From Sulfolobales archaeon HS-7 (lineage in GTDB: Archaea > Thermoproteota > Thermoprotei_A > Sulfolobales > Sulfolobaceae), in NCBI GenBank assembly GCA_019704295.1, contig AP024596.1, forward strand, positions 384,001 through 448,000: 64,000 nt of DNA. Reading direction: 5' to 3'. Below are positions 1 to 11,968 of this stretch, in pieces; position 1 is the first letter of the stretch; every line of letters starts with the position of its first letter. A program made the position numbers and the translations under genes. Below the pieces are notes generated by a model. That model did no database searches, was not told where the DNA came from, and saw nothing but the letters and a program-made list of their open reading frames with translations.

Positions 1-1092
1 GAGAGGGGTATCAAAATCGTCATCAAGAGCATCGTCTATTTTTCTCGACAGTGATAAAAGAGTCCTGTTAGCGTTTAGTGCGTCTTCGGAGGAGGAGAAT
101 TTCGGCCCTTCCTTGATTATCCCCCTCAGAAGAGAGATGGCATCTCTTACTCTAGTTAAGGCATTAGACGCGGTGGTTAGGTTTTCCTCTGAGAAATCAA
201 CCGTACTCCTATAGTGGGAGGACAGGAACCAATACCTCAATGTAGATGCCCCGTATTTTTCTAAGGCATACCTTAGCGGTATTATATTCCCCAAACTCTT
301 GGACATTTTATCTTTATTTATCGTTAAAAATGAAACGTGTAACCAGTAGTTGACCCATTTATGGGAGAAGAAAGACTCGCTCTGAGCTATCTCGTTTTCG
401 TGGTGTGGGAATATTAAGTCCATTCCCCCTCCGTGAATGTCAAACCGCTCTCCGAGGTACTTAGTTGACATAACGGAACACTCTATATGCCATCCCGGTC
501 TTCCCCTACCCCATGGTGACTCCCAATAGGGTTCTCCAGGCTTAGAGGATTTCCATAGTGCGAAATCATATGGGTGTTTCTTTTCCGTTAAGACCTCGGA
601 TTCCTGTTCCCACTTCTCTTTCTGGGTGTTAGACAATTTCCCGTATTCCGGAAAGGTATCTACGTCAAAGTAGACGCTTCCTGATTTCGCTACATACGCG
701 TGTCCCTTATTTATTAGACCTGTTATGAAATCTATTATTTCATTAATGTGATATGTTACACGAGGATGTGCGTGTACTTCTATCCCCAACCTCGATATGT
801 CCTCCAAGTACTCCCTAGTATAGCGATCGGCTACACTTTCCCAACTTGACCCTTCCTTATTTGCTTTGTTGATTATTTTGTCATCTATGTCCGTAATATT
901 CTGAACCTTAAAAACGGTGTATCCACGGCTTATGAAGTACCTAGCAAGAGCATCGAAGAAAGTAAAAGTTCTCCCATGTCCTATATGGATCGAGTCCTGA
1001 ACTGTAGGACCACATACGTACATTTTCACTAAGCCGTCGGTAATTGGGACAAACTGTTGTTTTTCCCTTCCTAACGTATTGTAAAGTCTCAA
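1..1092 (-). CDS. cysS: cysteinyl-tRNA synthetase (3' end runs off the window)
   Basis: Not in ORF track. Manual translation from TTG at 1092 gives [33 protein letters not shown] (HIGH), [15 protein letters not shown] and KMSKS. Start overlaps the upstream stop by 4 nt. Confidence 0.96.
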   Translation of the reverse strand, partial: MRLYNTLGREKQQFVPITDGLVKMYVCGPTVQDSIHIGHGRTFTFFDALARYFISRGYTVFKVQNITDIDDKIINKANKEGSSWESVADRYTREYLEDISRLGIEVHAHPRVTYHINEIIDFITGLINKGHAYVAKSGSVYFDVDTFPEYGKLSNTQKEKWEQESEVLTEKKHPYDFALWKSSKPGEPYWESPWGRGRPGWHIECSVMSTKYLGERFDIHGGGMDLIFPHHENEIAQSESFFSHKWVNYWLHVSFLTINKDKMSKSLGNIIPLRYALEKYGASTLRYWFLSSHYRSTVDFSEENLTTASNALTRVRDAISLLRGIIKEGPKFSSSEDALNANRTLLSLSRKIDDALDDDFDTPL

Positions 1093-2018
1093 CTTAGTTC
1101 CTCCGTCATCTGTCTGGCTTTCGGGATGACGTGGAGAGCATAGGGATCTTCCTTAAGTTCATTAGCTAGGTGTATTGACGTAAGATCTCCAAAGTAAACG
1201 AGAAAACCTGCGTTTTTTAGCCTTCCTGAAAATCTTTCCCTCACTATATATGAGTTGATCAGCTTATTCGTCACCTCCGATATTTCGTCATGCCCTAGTA
1301 TTATTGGAAATAGAGATTCAAAGTGCCTGAAACCCTCAATTTCATTATGATGGATTTCAGGAATCCTATTAAAAAATGCAGGGTATTTTGCGTTTTCGTT
1401 AATTTCCTGCTTCATCCTTTCAGCGACCGGAAAGTATTTTGAACTGTATATTACAGGTACTTTTCCAAGTATCTTCTCGGAGAGCTCTTTTGGTCCTGCG
1501 GAAATTATGTCCTTAGAATCCCTAATCCCATCTGCCATGTCCGTTATTCTCAAGCCCAACCTGTAACTAAAGTTTATTACATTTAATAGAGGAATGACGA
1601 GATAGGGAAACATAACTCGTGGTTGTTCCCCCCCTGGAACCTTTATGCAATCGAGATCTTTCTCCTCACATATCTTCCACATCTTTCCCCCAGACGTTAT
1701 TCCTATCACATGCGCTCCTCTTTCTAGAGATGATAAAACGATCCTTAAAGTTTCGACAGTATTTCCAGAGTAGGTAACTGCTATTAGGTTTGAAAGTCGA
1801 TCCACGGCCCTTGGAAGAGATACGGTTCTTAACGTTTGGAATGAAAAGGGGGGATCTAAAAGTTCAACCACGTCACCAGTAATCCCGCTTCCTCCAAGAC
1901 CCGCTATGAAGACCTTGTCCCTTACAGGTATTATCGGAACCTCTAAATCTAAAGCCTTATAGAATAGTTCATCCCATCGAGAGTAAACATCAAGCACCTT
2001 TAAACACCATAGATACAT
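1089..2018 (-). CDS. bifunctional phosphoglucose/phosphomannose isomerase (SIS domain)
   Basis: [39 protein letters not shown] and [10 protein letters not shown] motifs. True start may be a few codons downstream. Confidence 0.9.
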   Translation of the reverse strand: MYLWCLKVLDVYSRWDELFYKALDLEVPIIPVRDKVFIAGLGGSGITGDVVELLDPPFSFQTLRTVSLPRAVDRLSNLIAVTYSGNTVETLRIVLSSLERGAHVIGITSGGKMWKICEEKDLDCIKVPGGEQPRVMFPYLVIPLLNVINFSYRLGLRITDMADGIRDSKDIISAGPKELSEKILGKVPVIYSSKYFPVAERMKQEINENAKYPAFFNRIPEIHHNEIEGFRHFESLFPIILGHDEISEVTNKLINSYIVRERFSGRLKNAGFLVYFGDLTSIHLANELKEDPYALHVIPKARQMTEELS

Positions 2019-2427
2019 TTACCGTTAGCATGGTCTGATTAACGGTAAATGTTATGGAATCTAGACCCATATCCTTCATATTCGACTTAACGATAGCAAC
2101 TATCTCCCCGATCAATCCGGTACAAAAGTCGAGAAGGGAATCCATTAATTCGAAAATCTCCTCCGACTTTATGGTAGATGTTAATGTGGGCTGAAATGCG
2201 GAAATAGTAAGCATGTTGGCCTTAGTAACAATTAGAGAGACACTGGAGATCACATCGTTCCACGCTTTTTCCCTAACCTTATCATCAAAGGAATCGATGA
2301 TTTCAGAAAAGCGCTTTAACTCCCTACTTAGGTACTTTAAAATCTCCCCCTCTTGAACGGATAAGGGCCTCTTTTCTAGGTCGTTAATATTTTGGAGTAA
2401 TACCGATAGTTTGGCTTTGCTATTCAT
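1990..2427 (-). CDS. hypothetical protein, first gene of hyp-pgi/pmi-cysS operon
   Basis: 145-aa ORF, co-oriented with and overlapping the next gene; no motif recognised. Confidence 0.7.
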   Translation of the reverse strand: MNSKAKLSVLLQNINDLEKRPLSVQEGEILKYLSRELKRFSEIIDSFDDKVREKAWNDVISSVSLIVTKANMLTISAFQPTLTSTIKSEEIFELMDSLLDFCTGLIGEIVAIVKSNMKDMGLDSITFTVNQTMLTVNVSMVFKGA

Positions 2428-2479
2428 AGTTTAAGCTTACTAACTAGAAATAATAAGTTAAACTAAATATTAGCTCCAT

Positions 2480-3766
2480 ATGGATAGAGTTATTGTTATA
2501 GGTGGTGGGGCTGCGGGGATGAGTGCAGCCTCTAGGATAAGAAGATTGAACGAACACGTGAGAATAACAGTGTTTGAGAGAACTCCTCTCGTAAGTCATG
2601 CACCTTGTGGAATCCCTTACTATATTGAGGGGTTGTTCGATGATTACTCTCTTTTCATGACCTATACTCCTCAATTCTTCATGGAAAAGCGAAATATAGA
2701 GGTTAAAACAGGAGTAACGGTTGAGGAAATCGAAACTAAAGACAGGAAGATATATGTTAATTCAAACGATAAGAAAGAGGTTGAAGAGTACGATTACTTG
2801 GTGTACGCAACAGGGGCAAAACCAGCCATGCCAAAATTTCCAGTAAACGGGGAGGTCTTTCTAATACATCATCCTGCTGACGCTGAGGAAATTAGGGAGA
2901 AACTTTGGAGTACACGTAAAGTAATTATCGTTGGGGGAGGAATAGTCGGAGTAGAAATGGCTGAGGCCTTAACGAAGAAGGGTAAAGAAGTCGCGTTGCT
3001 TCACAGGGGTAAATGGATTCTCAATAAAGTTATTGATCAGGATATGGCTGAGGAAGTTCAAGAGGAAATGAAGAGGGTTGGAGTAGACCTTCACCTTGGG
3101 GAGGAGGTCATTGAGGTAAATGCGGAAAAGGTTTTAACGAAAAGTGGAGAGTATAAGGCAGATGCAGTTATTTTAGGCGTAGGCGTTAAGCCTAATGTCC
3201 AACTTTTAAGGGATTCCGTAAGAATAGGTGAAACAGGAGCGGTGTGGACTGATCAGACCATGAGGACGTCTGACGAATACATATATGCTGTGGGAGATGC
3301 CGCCGAATCTATTAACATAGTTACTGGGAAAAGGGACTGGGAACCGTTCGCTCCAGTAGCTAACAAGATGGGATATGTTGCAGGCTCGAACATCGCGGGA
3401 TACCCAATGAAGTTTCCAGGTGTAGTAGGAACAATCATAACTAAATTTAACGAGACATTCATAGGCAAAACAGGCGCATTTATAGGAACAGGGGTAAAAA
3501 TAAAAGGGAGAACTAGGGCCAGATATTATCCGGGAGGGACAGACATTTACGTCAAACTATATGTTGATGAAGGTAGTAAAAGAATAACAGGAGGCCAGAT
3601 CGTCGGAAAAGAGGAAGTGCTAGGCAGAGTAAACACTATTGCCTCCCTAATACTTAAAGGTGGTACAGTTGAGGACCTCTTCTTTTCCGAGTTAGGTTAC
3701 TTGCCAGCTATTTCCCAAGTTTGGGACCCCTTAATAGTAGCGGCAAGGCAATTCCTTCGAGGCTGA
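2480..3766 (+). CDS. CoA-disulfide reductase / NADH oxidase family flavoprotein
   Basis: GGGAAG FAD motif, SHAPCGIPY redox Cys, GGGIVG NAD motif, IYAVGD, C-terminal YLPAISQVWDP. Confidence 0.9.
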   Translation: MDRVIVIGGGAAGMSAASRIRRLNEHVRITVFERTPLVSHAPCGIPYYIEGLFDDYSLFMTYTPQFFMEKRNIEVKTGVTVEEIETKDRKIYVNSNDKKEVEEYDYLVYATGAKPAMPKFPVNGEVFLIHHPADAEEIREKLWSTRKVIIVGGGIVGVEMAEALTKKGKEVALLHRGKWILNKVIDQDMAEEVQEEMKRVGVDLHLGEEVIEVNAEKVLTKSGEYKADAVILGVGVKPNVQLLRDSVRIGETGAVWTDQTMRTSDEYIYAVGDAAESINIVTGKRDWEPFAPVANKMGYVAGSNIAGYPMKFPGVVGTIITKFNETFIGKTGAFIGTGVKIKGRTRARYYPGGTDIYVKLYVDEGSKRITGGQIVGKEEVLGRVNTIASLILKGGTVEDLFFSELGYLPAISQVWDPLIVAARQFLRG

Positions 3767-3779
3767 TTAATTTTTCAAA

Positions 3780-4118
3780 TTAGATTACTGCCTGAAACTT
3801 CTTACTACAATTACTTAGACCGCTTCTCACTACAGAGAGTATATCTTCCTTGAGGACGTAATTGTATTTTGGTCTACCAACCTTTCTGTCTTCAACCTTA
3901 TGTCTTTCAACGAGTCCAACTTCTATCAGCTTCTTGAGACTGCTTTCCACAGTAGTTTTGCTCAGATTCATGTTCTTAGCTAACTCTTCTGAAGTAGCTT
4001 TTCCTCCGATTTGAATCAACCTTAAGAAACAGTCCACATCTGTATCGGTTATTTGAAAACAACACCTTATAGCATCCCTACTCTCCCTTAATCTCTGAAT
4101 ATCTATAGTTTGCTCCAT
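3780..4118 (-). CDS. TrmB-family winged-helix transcriptional regulator
   Basis: SEELAKNMNLSKTTVESSLKKLIEVGLVER HTH and GRPKYNY wing; Cys residues near both ends. Confidence 0.85.
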   Translation of the reverse strand: MEQTIDIQRLRESRDAIRCCFQITDTDVDCFLRLIQIGGKATSEELAKNMNLSKTTVESSLKKLIEVGLVERHKVEDRKVGRPKYNYVLKEDILSVVRSGLSNCSKKFQAVI

Positions 4119-4668
4119 ATTTTAATTAGTTATGTATTACCCTATAAAAGTTTTTTCCTCCGTATCTAACTTTTTAATTTTTTTATTTCGAAATCAATTA
4201 TCTCATAAAGAAATAGTTATCTTTTTGAACTATATATAGGGAATTATTCCCGACGATATCGACCTCACAAGGTATTAGGTAATACCAAAACTTCATGAAC
4301 AGGGTTAATGTGTTATTTCAGCTCATCTAATTAAACACGTTCGGTAGCGGGAAGAGGTAAGCTGTTAAATAACTATTTATTAGATTGAACCGAAAAAGTT
4401 TCGAAGAGAGAAAGAAAAAGATGTTTGCATAAACCTTATACGGAAAAATAATATCGTGGGATTAACTTGAGGAGGTCTAAGAGAGAATCTTACTTTTAAT
4501 TTACCTGACGTTAAAATCTTATTAATCACAACCTCTGCTATAAACTGAATTCGTGGAAGAGTAAATGGCAATGACGAGGTTTAACTATATTCAAACGTTT
4601 CTACTTTAACGAAAACTCATGTTATCACGATTTACTATTTTTAAGCTATGTAAGAGGAATTTCTTAGT

Positions 4669-4965
4669 ATGCAACCATTTTACTTTAAGTCATACGATAG
4701 AATTGTTAGTGAAGTACACGATGTGAATGAATTAAAGGAAAAATTAGAAGAAATCGGTAAGTCCGACCCTGCATGCGTAAACTGGCATTTATCACAGGGA
4801 CACATATCGGCTTGGCTCCATTACATAGGTGAGCATGGATTGGCAGAAGTGTTAAGGAACGTTAATGACTATAGGGAGGCTGTATCGAGAATCAACGAGT
4901 TTGAGACTATAGGGAAGAAGATCCGGCAAAAACAGAGTAGTAGAAGAAGTAAATCTAAAAGATGA
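4669..4965 (+). CDS. small conserved hypothetical protein (DUF5752-like)
   Basis: PFYFKSY..WHLSQGHISAWL..LAE pattern; basic tail; TATA-like element upstream. Confidence 0.7.
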   Translation: MQPFYFKSYDRIVSEVHDVNELKEKLEEIGKSDPACVNWHLSQGHISAWLHYIGEHGLAEVLRNVNDYREAVSRINEFETIGKKIRQKQSSRRSKSKR

Positions 4966-5196
4966 TGGTAATACCTTTGATCTTACGAATGAGAAATTTT
5001 CAGATGCTTCATTCAAAAATTTCAGCTTACGATGACGTTATTATGTAATACCCTTACGAAACTGGTCTGAGATTTTGGGTTCTTTGATAAGTAAGTTGTG
5101 AGTTTATGAATTAAGCATTAAAAAAATAAATATCAGGAGACAGCCGTAACATTTTCACCATTCCCTCACCTTAATAAAACACGTCCGGATCATTGT

Positions 5197-5457
<261 letters not shown>

Positions 5458-5726
5458 CATCATGAGAAATAAATAATTATCCCCCAGAAAGATATTTGTT
5501 TCTGCTTTAGTTCCGAGACACAAGTTTTGAAAGCTGAGTTTACAGGATCTCCAATACTTCATCGGTTTTACATTAAGTTTCTAACGTTTAACTTATCATA
5601 TTTTCTTATATATATTAAAAATTCTTAGAATTTCGATTCCACCAATAGTCACTAACTTTAAGCCAGGAGATGTTCATCAAAAAAGTCTTTTTCCTTTTCA
5701 GGATATAGTTATAAAATTTCATCACT

Positions 5727-6191
5727 TCACTCGAGTTTTTTAATAAATTCATAGTGTATCTCTCTAAAGTCCCTCTTTTTGTAGAAGGAAACTGCTATTA
5801 GGTTCTTTGCAGGAAATCTTGCTGTTATCGACCTTACGTTTTTCTTTTTAAGTTCTTGGCTAACGTAGTTGAGAAGCATGTCGCCTACTCCTTCTCTCCT
5901 GTAAGCTGGCATCACGTATATTTCTTCGATTAACGCAACTGCCTCTGGTACATAGTATCTCCTCTTGTTTATTCTTACCCTAGCTGCTCCAATTACCTTT
6001 CCTTCATCCTCTGCAACCACAACTACGCTGTTTTCGCTCCTTAAATCCTCTATGATGCTTTTCCTTAATCTCTCATCAATGTCATCAGGTATTTCCAAAA
6101 GGGGATCGAATTCAGAATTCAGAGAATACATTCTTGAAAACATGTCAACTATAAATTCTACGTCTTTTTCCTCAGCTCTCCTAATCTGCAT
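5727..6191 (-). CDS. GNAT family N-acetyltransferase
   Basis: [16 protein letters not shown] acetyl-CoA motif; [11 protein letters not shown]. Confidence 0.9.
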   Translation of the reverse strand: MQIRRAEEKDVEFIVDMFSRMYSLNSEFDPLLEIPDDIDERLRKSIIEDLRSENSVVVVAEDEGKVIGAARVRINKRRYYVPEAVALIEEIYVMPAYRREGVGDMLLNYVSQELKKKNVRSITARFPAKNLIAVSFYKKRDFREIHYEFIKKLE

Positions 6192-7452
6192 TCTTTTCCA
6201 CCTCGCTAATGATCTTGCGAGAGTATATTATTCTTTGCTTGGCTTGGTTTACGAATTCCTCTTTCGACATTTTAACCCTAGCATATCCCCTCTCCACCGC
6301 CTTTTCTGCTACAGCTCCAGCCACCTCGTAATATACGTCCCATTGGTCCATCCTAGGAATTATGTAATCTTTCTTTAATCCTACTCTTTTTGCATAGCTA
6401 GCTAGGGTCTCTGACGCTGCTATTACCATATCGTCATCGACTTTCGACGCCCTACTGTCCAGAACACCCCTGAAAACAGCAGGAAAAACTAATGAATTAT
6501 TGACTTGATTTGGGAAATCACTCCTTCCTGTTGCTACGATTTCTGCGCCTGCTTCTACTGCCTCATCCGGAAATATCTCCGGTACTGGGTTAGCTAGTGC
6601 GAAAACTATTGGCCTTTTCATAAGGGATATCCACCTTTTGGAGATCACTCCAGGTCCTGGAGATGAGGCAGCTATTAGTATGTCCGCGTCCTTAAACGCG
6701 TCATCAACATCCTTTATATTATATCCGTTGGTTTTTATTGCTATTTCGTATTTCCACTTATGACTAAACATCATTGCATCTAAATCCTTTCTCTCGGAAT
6801 GAAGTACACCCTCCCTGTCAATTAAGATCATATGCTTTGGATTAAATCCGTAGCTAGTAAGTAACCTGACAGTCGCTATGTTTGCAGCACCTGCGCCAAA
6901 TAAAACTATTTTACTATCCTTGTCTTTCCCTGCAAGCTCCATGGCATTGATGAGGGCAGCAAGAGTGGCACCAGCTGTTCCCTGCTGATCATCGTGCCAT
7001 ACAGGAATGTTCATACTCTGCTGAAGCTTATCTAAAATGTAAAAACACTTTGGACTCTCTATGTCCTCTAGGTTTATTCCACCAAAAGACGGTTCCAAGG
7101 CCTTACTTACCTTTATGAATTCCTCCGGATCCTTAGCTTTAAGAGGAATTGGAACGGCGTCAACTCCTCCCAAATACTTGAACAGCAAGGCTTTCCCTTC
7201 CATAACTGGCATTGCGGCTTCGGGGCCGACATCTCCGAGCCCTAGTACCCTTGTACCGTCTGTAAGGATCGCTATCATGTTCCATCTACTTGTTAGTATA
7301 AAGCTCTTATCCCTGTCGCTAGCTATCTCCCTTACTACATCAGCAACGCCAGGAGTATATATCAAGGAGAAATCGTCATAGCTCTTTATTGGAACTTTTG
7401 GTATCATCTGGATTTTGCCCTGATATTTCATTGACAATTCTATTGATCTCAT
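6181..7452 (-). CDS. NAD(P)-dependent malic enzyme
   Basis: [52 protein letters not shown] motifs. Confidence 0.95.
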   Translation of the reverse strand: MRSIELSMKYQGKIQMIPKVPIKSYDDFSLIYTPGVADVVREIASDRDKSFILTSRWNMIAILTDGTRVLGLGDVGPEAAMPVMEGKALLFKYLGGVDAVPIPLKAKDPEEFIKVSKALEPSFGGINLEDIESPKCFYILDKLQQSMNIPVWHDDQQGTAGATLAALINAMELAGKDKDSKIVLFGAGAANIATVRLLTSYGFNPKHMILIDREGVLHSERKDLDAMMFSHKWKYEIAIKTNGYNIKDVDDAFKDADILIAASSPGPGVISKRWISLMKRPIVFALANPVPEIFPDEAVEAGAEIVATGRSDFPNQVNNSLVFPAVFRGVLDSRASKVDDDMVIAASETLASYAKRVGLKKDYIIPRMDQWDVYYEVAGAVAEKAVERGYARVKMSKEEFVNQAKQRIIYSRKIISEVEKNAD

Positions 7453-8347
7453 TGAAGTATAGGCTTTTTTCTTGTTTATAAATTATAGTTATTTCCACTA
7501 AACCCGTTCATCCTTCAGAAGTAATGAACCCCCTTCTTGGCCGATAGAACCAAAATATTTTTTCTTATAATATTTAAATAACTATTATTATTACACAAGA
7601 AAAATGACCTGCTCCGAGAAGCACACATTTCTTCACTTGCGATTCAACTTCCATGGAGAAAACGTATACCACTAGCAATGTAGATAAAACGCGTATCACG
7701 TCTATTAAGCATAAAAGGCGACAAGGGGGAAACATAGTAAGCTCAGTGATTAAGGGAAAACCCGTAGTTGAGGCTTGGCTATTACGCACCTAGAACGGTC
7801 TAACAAGAGGGGAATAGACTCCTCCGATGTTCTAACCAGTTTCTCTAGGGACTAACGGTAGCTAGTATTATGAAACGAAAGGTGGAGTATTACGCCGACT
7901 AAGGAGATATATCACGAGATAGCATCCAATATGTAACAAATATAATATATTTTATTAGCTAAGTTTTAATATATAGGAATAATCCTCCTAATGCATAATC
8001 AGGACAATAATACAAGGAAATTACGAGAAATTAAACTCCTTTGCTGACTATCTAAGCTCAAAAATATCCAGTTTTATCCTCTGCTAACTTATGGTTCATT
8101 AGGCTAAAAAGCCCTTTTCAGCTTTTATGGTTAAGAAATATACGGTTACTTATGTCTATTATTAATAAGCTTATTCATATTACTTTTTTACTCGTAATTA
8201 AACTAATTTAGCTATGGAGAAACGTATTTTATAACTTTTTAGTTTATTTGGCTATTCAATTAATTACCTGTTAGATACCATCATAAGTCTTACAGCCCTT
8301 GCCTACAATGAATGTGAATTAAAGAAAAAGAAAATAATTGTATGCAC

Positions 8348-8575
8348 TTACTCCCTTTTCTCCTGTGGAGATCCCTGATTTACGGTTGTATTAGATGTGT
8401 CATAACCGCTTTTTAACTCCCTGTCCAACTCCTTCTGGATTTCTAACTGACCTCTCTTAAATTCTCCGACGGCTCTTCCAAGATTTCTGAATAATTCAGG
8501 TATCTTCGATGCTCCACCGAAGAGTATAACAGCGACAACTATCACTATTATCCAATCATTAATACTTCCAAACAT
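8348..8575 (-). CDS. tatA: twin-arginine translocase TatA subunit
   Basis: N-terminal TM, FGGASKIPELFRNLGRAVGEFKRG amphipathic helix; start set at second Met. Confidence 0.93.
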   Translation of the reverse strand: MFGSINDWIIVIVVAVILFGGASKIPELFRNLGRAVGEFKRGQLEIQKELDRELKSGYDTSNTTVNQGSPQEKRE

Positions 8576-8682
8576 TGTTCTCAAACAACTTTTTCCATCT
8601 TCTCATTAATAAACGTTGTGAGTAAATTCGTGTATTTTTGGTCACTCAAGTTATTAATGAATTTTTTTCCAAAGAGTTATTA

Positions 8683-9060
8683 TTACTCTATTCCTGAAAT
8701 AATAGCTCTCCAAGCCTTAGGATTATCGTCCGGTCCCTCAATATCGTCATAATATCTTCTCGCAAGGAGTAATTTCACTTTTATTTTTGTTCTCGAGGAA
8801 ATAGTAATCGGGATGCTAATCGATAGGGATTCATAAAGGTCTGAATCGACTTTTGGCGATTCCACTTTCGCGTCTATATTTAATTCCGATAGTATTGAGG
8901 CTATCGTGACTTTAGCTTGAGCCACAATTTCCTTTACTGTAGTTCCAGAAAACTCTTCCAGGAGAAGTTTCTCCTCCAGCACCTGTTTGATTTTAGTGGA
9001 TTTCGACTTATTCCGGGGTAACCTCCTAGTTGTCGTCTTACTCCTTCTCAAAAAGCCCAC
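8683..9060 (-). CDS. hypothetical protein
   Basis: 125-aa ORF, GTG start, basic N-terminus, TATA-like element upstream; no family recognised. Confidence 0.6.
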   Translation of the reverse strand: MGFLRRSKTTTRRLPRNKSKSTKIKQVLEEKLLLEEFSGTTVKEIVAQAKVTIASILSELNIDAKVESPKVDSDLYESLSISIPITISSRTKIKVKLLLARRYYDDIEGPDDNPKAWRAIISGIE

Positions 9061-9204
9061 AACATAATTTTTACCTTATAATAACATTATAACCTTTTCT
9101 GCTAACAGTGAAAGGGATTTTCCAGTTTAATTACCGTTTGATTTGATTTTAGCGAAGACCAAGTGTTATGCGGATATTAGGTTAGTAACTCTAGGTCATT
9201 TCTG

Positions 9205-9690
9205 TTAACTTCGTGGGGTTCCTCTCCTTTGTCCTGCTCCTTCTTTCTCTCCCTCACGCCTAACACCATCCAACCGCTTTGGGGTAAACAATGAGACCGC
9301 TCATGCGTCTCCTTAGGGGCATGGCTGGCCCGTGGAAGACCCTCCGGTTAGCTTCACAAAAACGGTCCACTATGTCCTTTCAACTTGAGGATAAAGTTCT
9401 TAACATTTCTCATCCTGGCTCCTTGGATTATAGCGTGTTTCCTTAACGGGTTTTGGTTCAAACCTTTCTCTCTTTAAAAGTAATGTATACCCGCTACAGG
9501 GTATATTTGTCTCATACGCTAACCTCAGCTGGAACTTTGACGTCCTTAACGTTCGTTGACATAAGTCCTGAACCTAAATCTCACATCAGGCATCGGAAGA
9601 AATTACGTTAAGGTTGTTTATACTTTACTACATATTGAATATCCATCACCCCCTTGAAAGGCTAAGTTTTTCGCCCCCTTCAAACCTCAT
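9205..9690. mobile_element. ORF-less IS200/IS605-family remnant (MITE-like)
   Basis: GC-richer structured segment (9211-9380) plus terminal motif ATCCATCACCCCCTTGAAAGGC..TTCGCCCCCTT (9640-9680) resembling the end flanking the tnpB pseudogene; boundaries approximate. Confidence 0.5.
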
Positions 9691-9934
9691 TTCATAATGT
9701 GGTAGGAGTCATGTCCAAGACGTCGGAAGGTTTGCTCAAGTGAAATCATGAATACGGTATATTTATTCTCTATCTAGTTATAATGTAATACCGGGCGTTA
9801 TATGAAACGTCGGAAAATTTATGATTAACCGGAAAAGCAGGGTTTTAAGATCCTTACAATATTCTTGATGAAAAGTTGGAAAAATACGCAAATTTTCAAA
9901 AAAGATAAAATCTATGTCTAATAGATTGAAGTGA

Positions 9935-10777
9935 ATGAGTTACCAACGACATCAGGAGAACAGAAACTACATCTTAGAGTACATAAGGGAACTTTCCGGA
10001 AGAGCTAGAAGAATAATCATAGCTATCATAATTTCCTTCGTAATTTACATGTTATTTGGCATTCAAACGGTAACGGTCTTCAATCATACAATTCCCATTA
10101 TTTTCCCCTCGTTTTATCACAGTATTTCAGTTGAACTAGTGAGGTTTTTTATACAACACAACGTCCCTAAGGGAATGCAGGTAATCAACATAAACCCCTT
10201 TGATCCCCTATTTAGCTCTATGGAAATAGCGCTGCTATTAAGTGTATTTACCGTAATGCCCGTAATACTGAGAGAGGTTTGGGGGTTCATATCTCCAGCC
10301 CTTTATGAGCATGAAAAGAGAACCCTCAGGCTTACCGTAATCCCGTCAATGATCCTCTTCGCATCTGGAGCAGCGTTTGCTTACTTCTTGATAATTCCTT
10401 TCCTTCTTCTGTTCGTAAAATACTACGCATTAAGCTTGGGTGTTCAACCCACATTAAGCGTCAGGGCTTTCATAAATATTATAGTGTCGTTTATTTTCGC
10501 TTTCGGACTTGCGTTTCAATTACCAATTGTCATGAGTGTCCTCACAAAGTTCGGATTCGTCTCATCGAGCACGTGGATGAGAAATTGGAGGTGGGGGATT
10601 CTCGTATCATTCGGCATTGCACTAATAATATCTCCTGGAACAACGGGCGGAATCATGGAGACAATAATAGGATTAGTTCTCTCCTCGCTATACGTCGTAG
10701 GAGCGCTAATCTCTCGCAGACTTGACGCAAATAGGAGATACATTGTTGGGGAAGAGAAAACCAAGATTGCCGAATAG
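9935..10777 (+). CDS. tatC: twin-arginine translocase TatC subunit
   Basis: EYIRELSGR, WGFISPALYEHEK, FAYFLIIP, GLAFQLP, ISP motifs; about 6 TM segments. Confidence 0.95.
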   Translation: MSYQRHQENRNYILEYIRELSGRARRIIIAIIISFVIYMLFGIQTVTVFNHTIPIIFPSFYHSISVELVRFFIQHNVPKGMQVININPFDPLFSSMEIALLLSVFTVMPVILREVWGFISPALYEHEKRTLRLTVIPSMILFASGAAFAYFLIIPFLLLFVKYYALSLGVQPTLSVRAFINIIVSFIFAFGLAFQLPIVMSVLTKFGFVSSSTWMRNWRWGILVSFGIALIISPGTTGGIMETIIGLVLSSLYVVGALISRRLDANRRYIVGEEKTKIAE

Positions 10778-10819
10778 CGTGCTCTTTTTTTATTCTAAAG
10801 TGTGAAATACTTATGAAAC

Positions 10820-11968
10820 ATGCTAATCCAATTAAACAGAGCCTATGAGATGTTAGCTGACGTCAGATTAAACTTGAATGTAAAGGAAGTTCCAACTTCT
10901 AATTCATCGGGAATGATCTGCTGTGAGGATTTAACATCTCCTCAAGACATACCTTGGATTAGCAAATCCGCTATGGACGGATATGCAGTAAACTCGCTTG
11001 GCTTAAAGAAATATAAGAAATTGAAAATAATAGGCAGAGCGTATCCTTGGTCCCCTCCCAGCTCTATAAGGGATTTCGAAACGGTTTACGTGAGCACGGG
11101 TTCTTCACTGCCGGAGGGAGCCGACGCTGTGTTAAGAAAGGAATACGCGAAAGTAGATGGTGAATACGTAATTTCGACCGAGGAGGTGGAATCTGGAAAG
11201 GACGTCATTCAAAAAGCCGACGATTTTCACGCAGGTGAATCCGTAGTAACAAAAGGGGAAATAATTAGACCTTACCATTTGGGGGCATTATACGCTATTG
11301 GAGCGGAGAGAGTTCGTGTGTGTGATATAAAAATGGGATTTGTAGCCATCGGGACGGAGTTAGTCCCATTTTATGAATCTGTAGGGGTTAGGGATTCCAT
11401 ATCCCCAATATTGATATCCTTAGTTTCTAGCTTTACCTCATCTAAATATTATGGTACTCTACCGGACTCAATGGAGGAAATACAGGATACAATGATTAAG
11501 GGTACTGAGGAAAACGACATTCTAATAACCATAGGTGGAACCTCCGTCGGAGAGAGGGACTTTACGAAAAGAGCCGCCGAAAAGGTAGGGAAAATATTGT
11601 TCGAAGGAGTCACAGTTAACATGATAAAACATACGTCGGTGGCGATAGTAAATGATAAACCCGTGGTAATGCTCCCTGGGCAGCCAGTTGCTGCCGTATT
11701 AGCCTTTCACGTGTTTGTTCTGGAAATTCTATCGAATGCCCTGAAGAGGAAACTGTATCGTGAGGAGACAGCTAGACTTGCCAACGACTTAGAAGTTCAA
11801 CATAAGATGGATTCCATATATCCAGCCCTTACCAAGGGAGAGGAAGTAACCCCTCTCCGATGGGGAACAGCTTTATACAGTCAACTGATAAAGGCAAATT
11901 CCTATGTAATCCTTTCCCGAGGTTCCCATAAAAGAGGAGAAGAGGTCGTTGTCAGATATTTCCTTTGA
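10820..11968 (+). CDS. moeA: molybdopterin molybdotransferase MoeA
   Basis: SAMDGYAV, STGSSLPEGADAV, GGTSVGERD, LPGQP. Confidence 0.93.
   Translation: MLIQLNRAYEMLADVRLNLNVKEVPTSNSSGMICCEDLTSPQDIPWISKSAMDGYAVNSLGLKKYKKLKIIGRAYPWSPPSSIRDFETVYVSTGSSLPEGADAVLRKEYAKVDGEYVISTEEVESGKDVIQKADDFHAGESVVTKGEIIRPYHLGALYAIGAERVRVCDIKMGFVAIGTELVPFYESVGVRDSISPILISLVSSFTSSKYYGTLPDSMEEIQDTMIKGTEENDILITIGGTSVGERDFTKRAAEKVGKILFEGVTVNMIKHTSVAIVNDKPVVMLPGQPVAAVLAFHVFVLEILSNALKRKLYREETARLANDLEVQHKMDSIYPALTKGEEVTPLRWGTALYSQLIKANSYVILSRGSHKRGEEVVVRYFL

Noticed and set aside
4380-4571. 63-aa minus-strand ORF
   Set aside because: AT-rich intergenic region, TTG start, no motif.
7574-7900. 71-aa ORF or possible transposase debris
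   Set aside because: Slightly coding-like, but I could not recognise any family or terminal repeat.
8683-9060. Tat substrate next to tatA (FLRRSK)
   Set aside because: No hydrophobic h-region follows the twin arginine.
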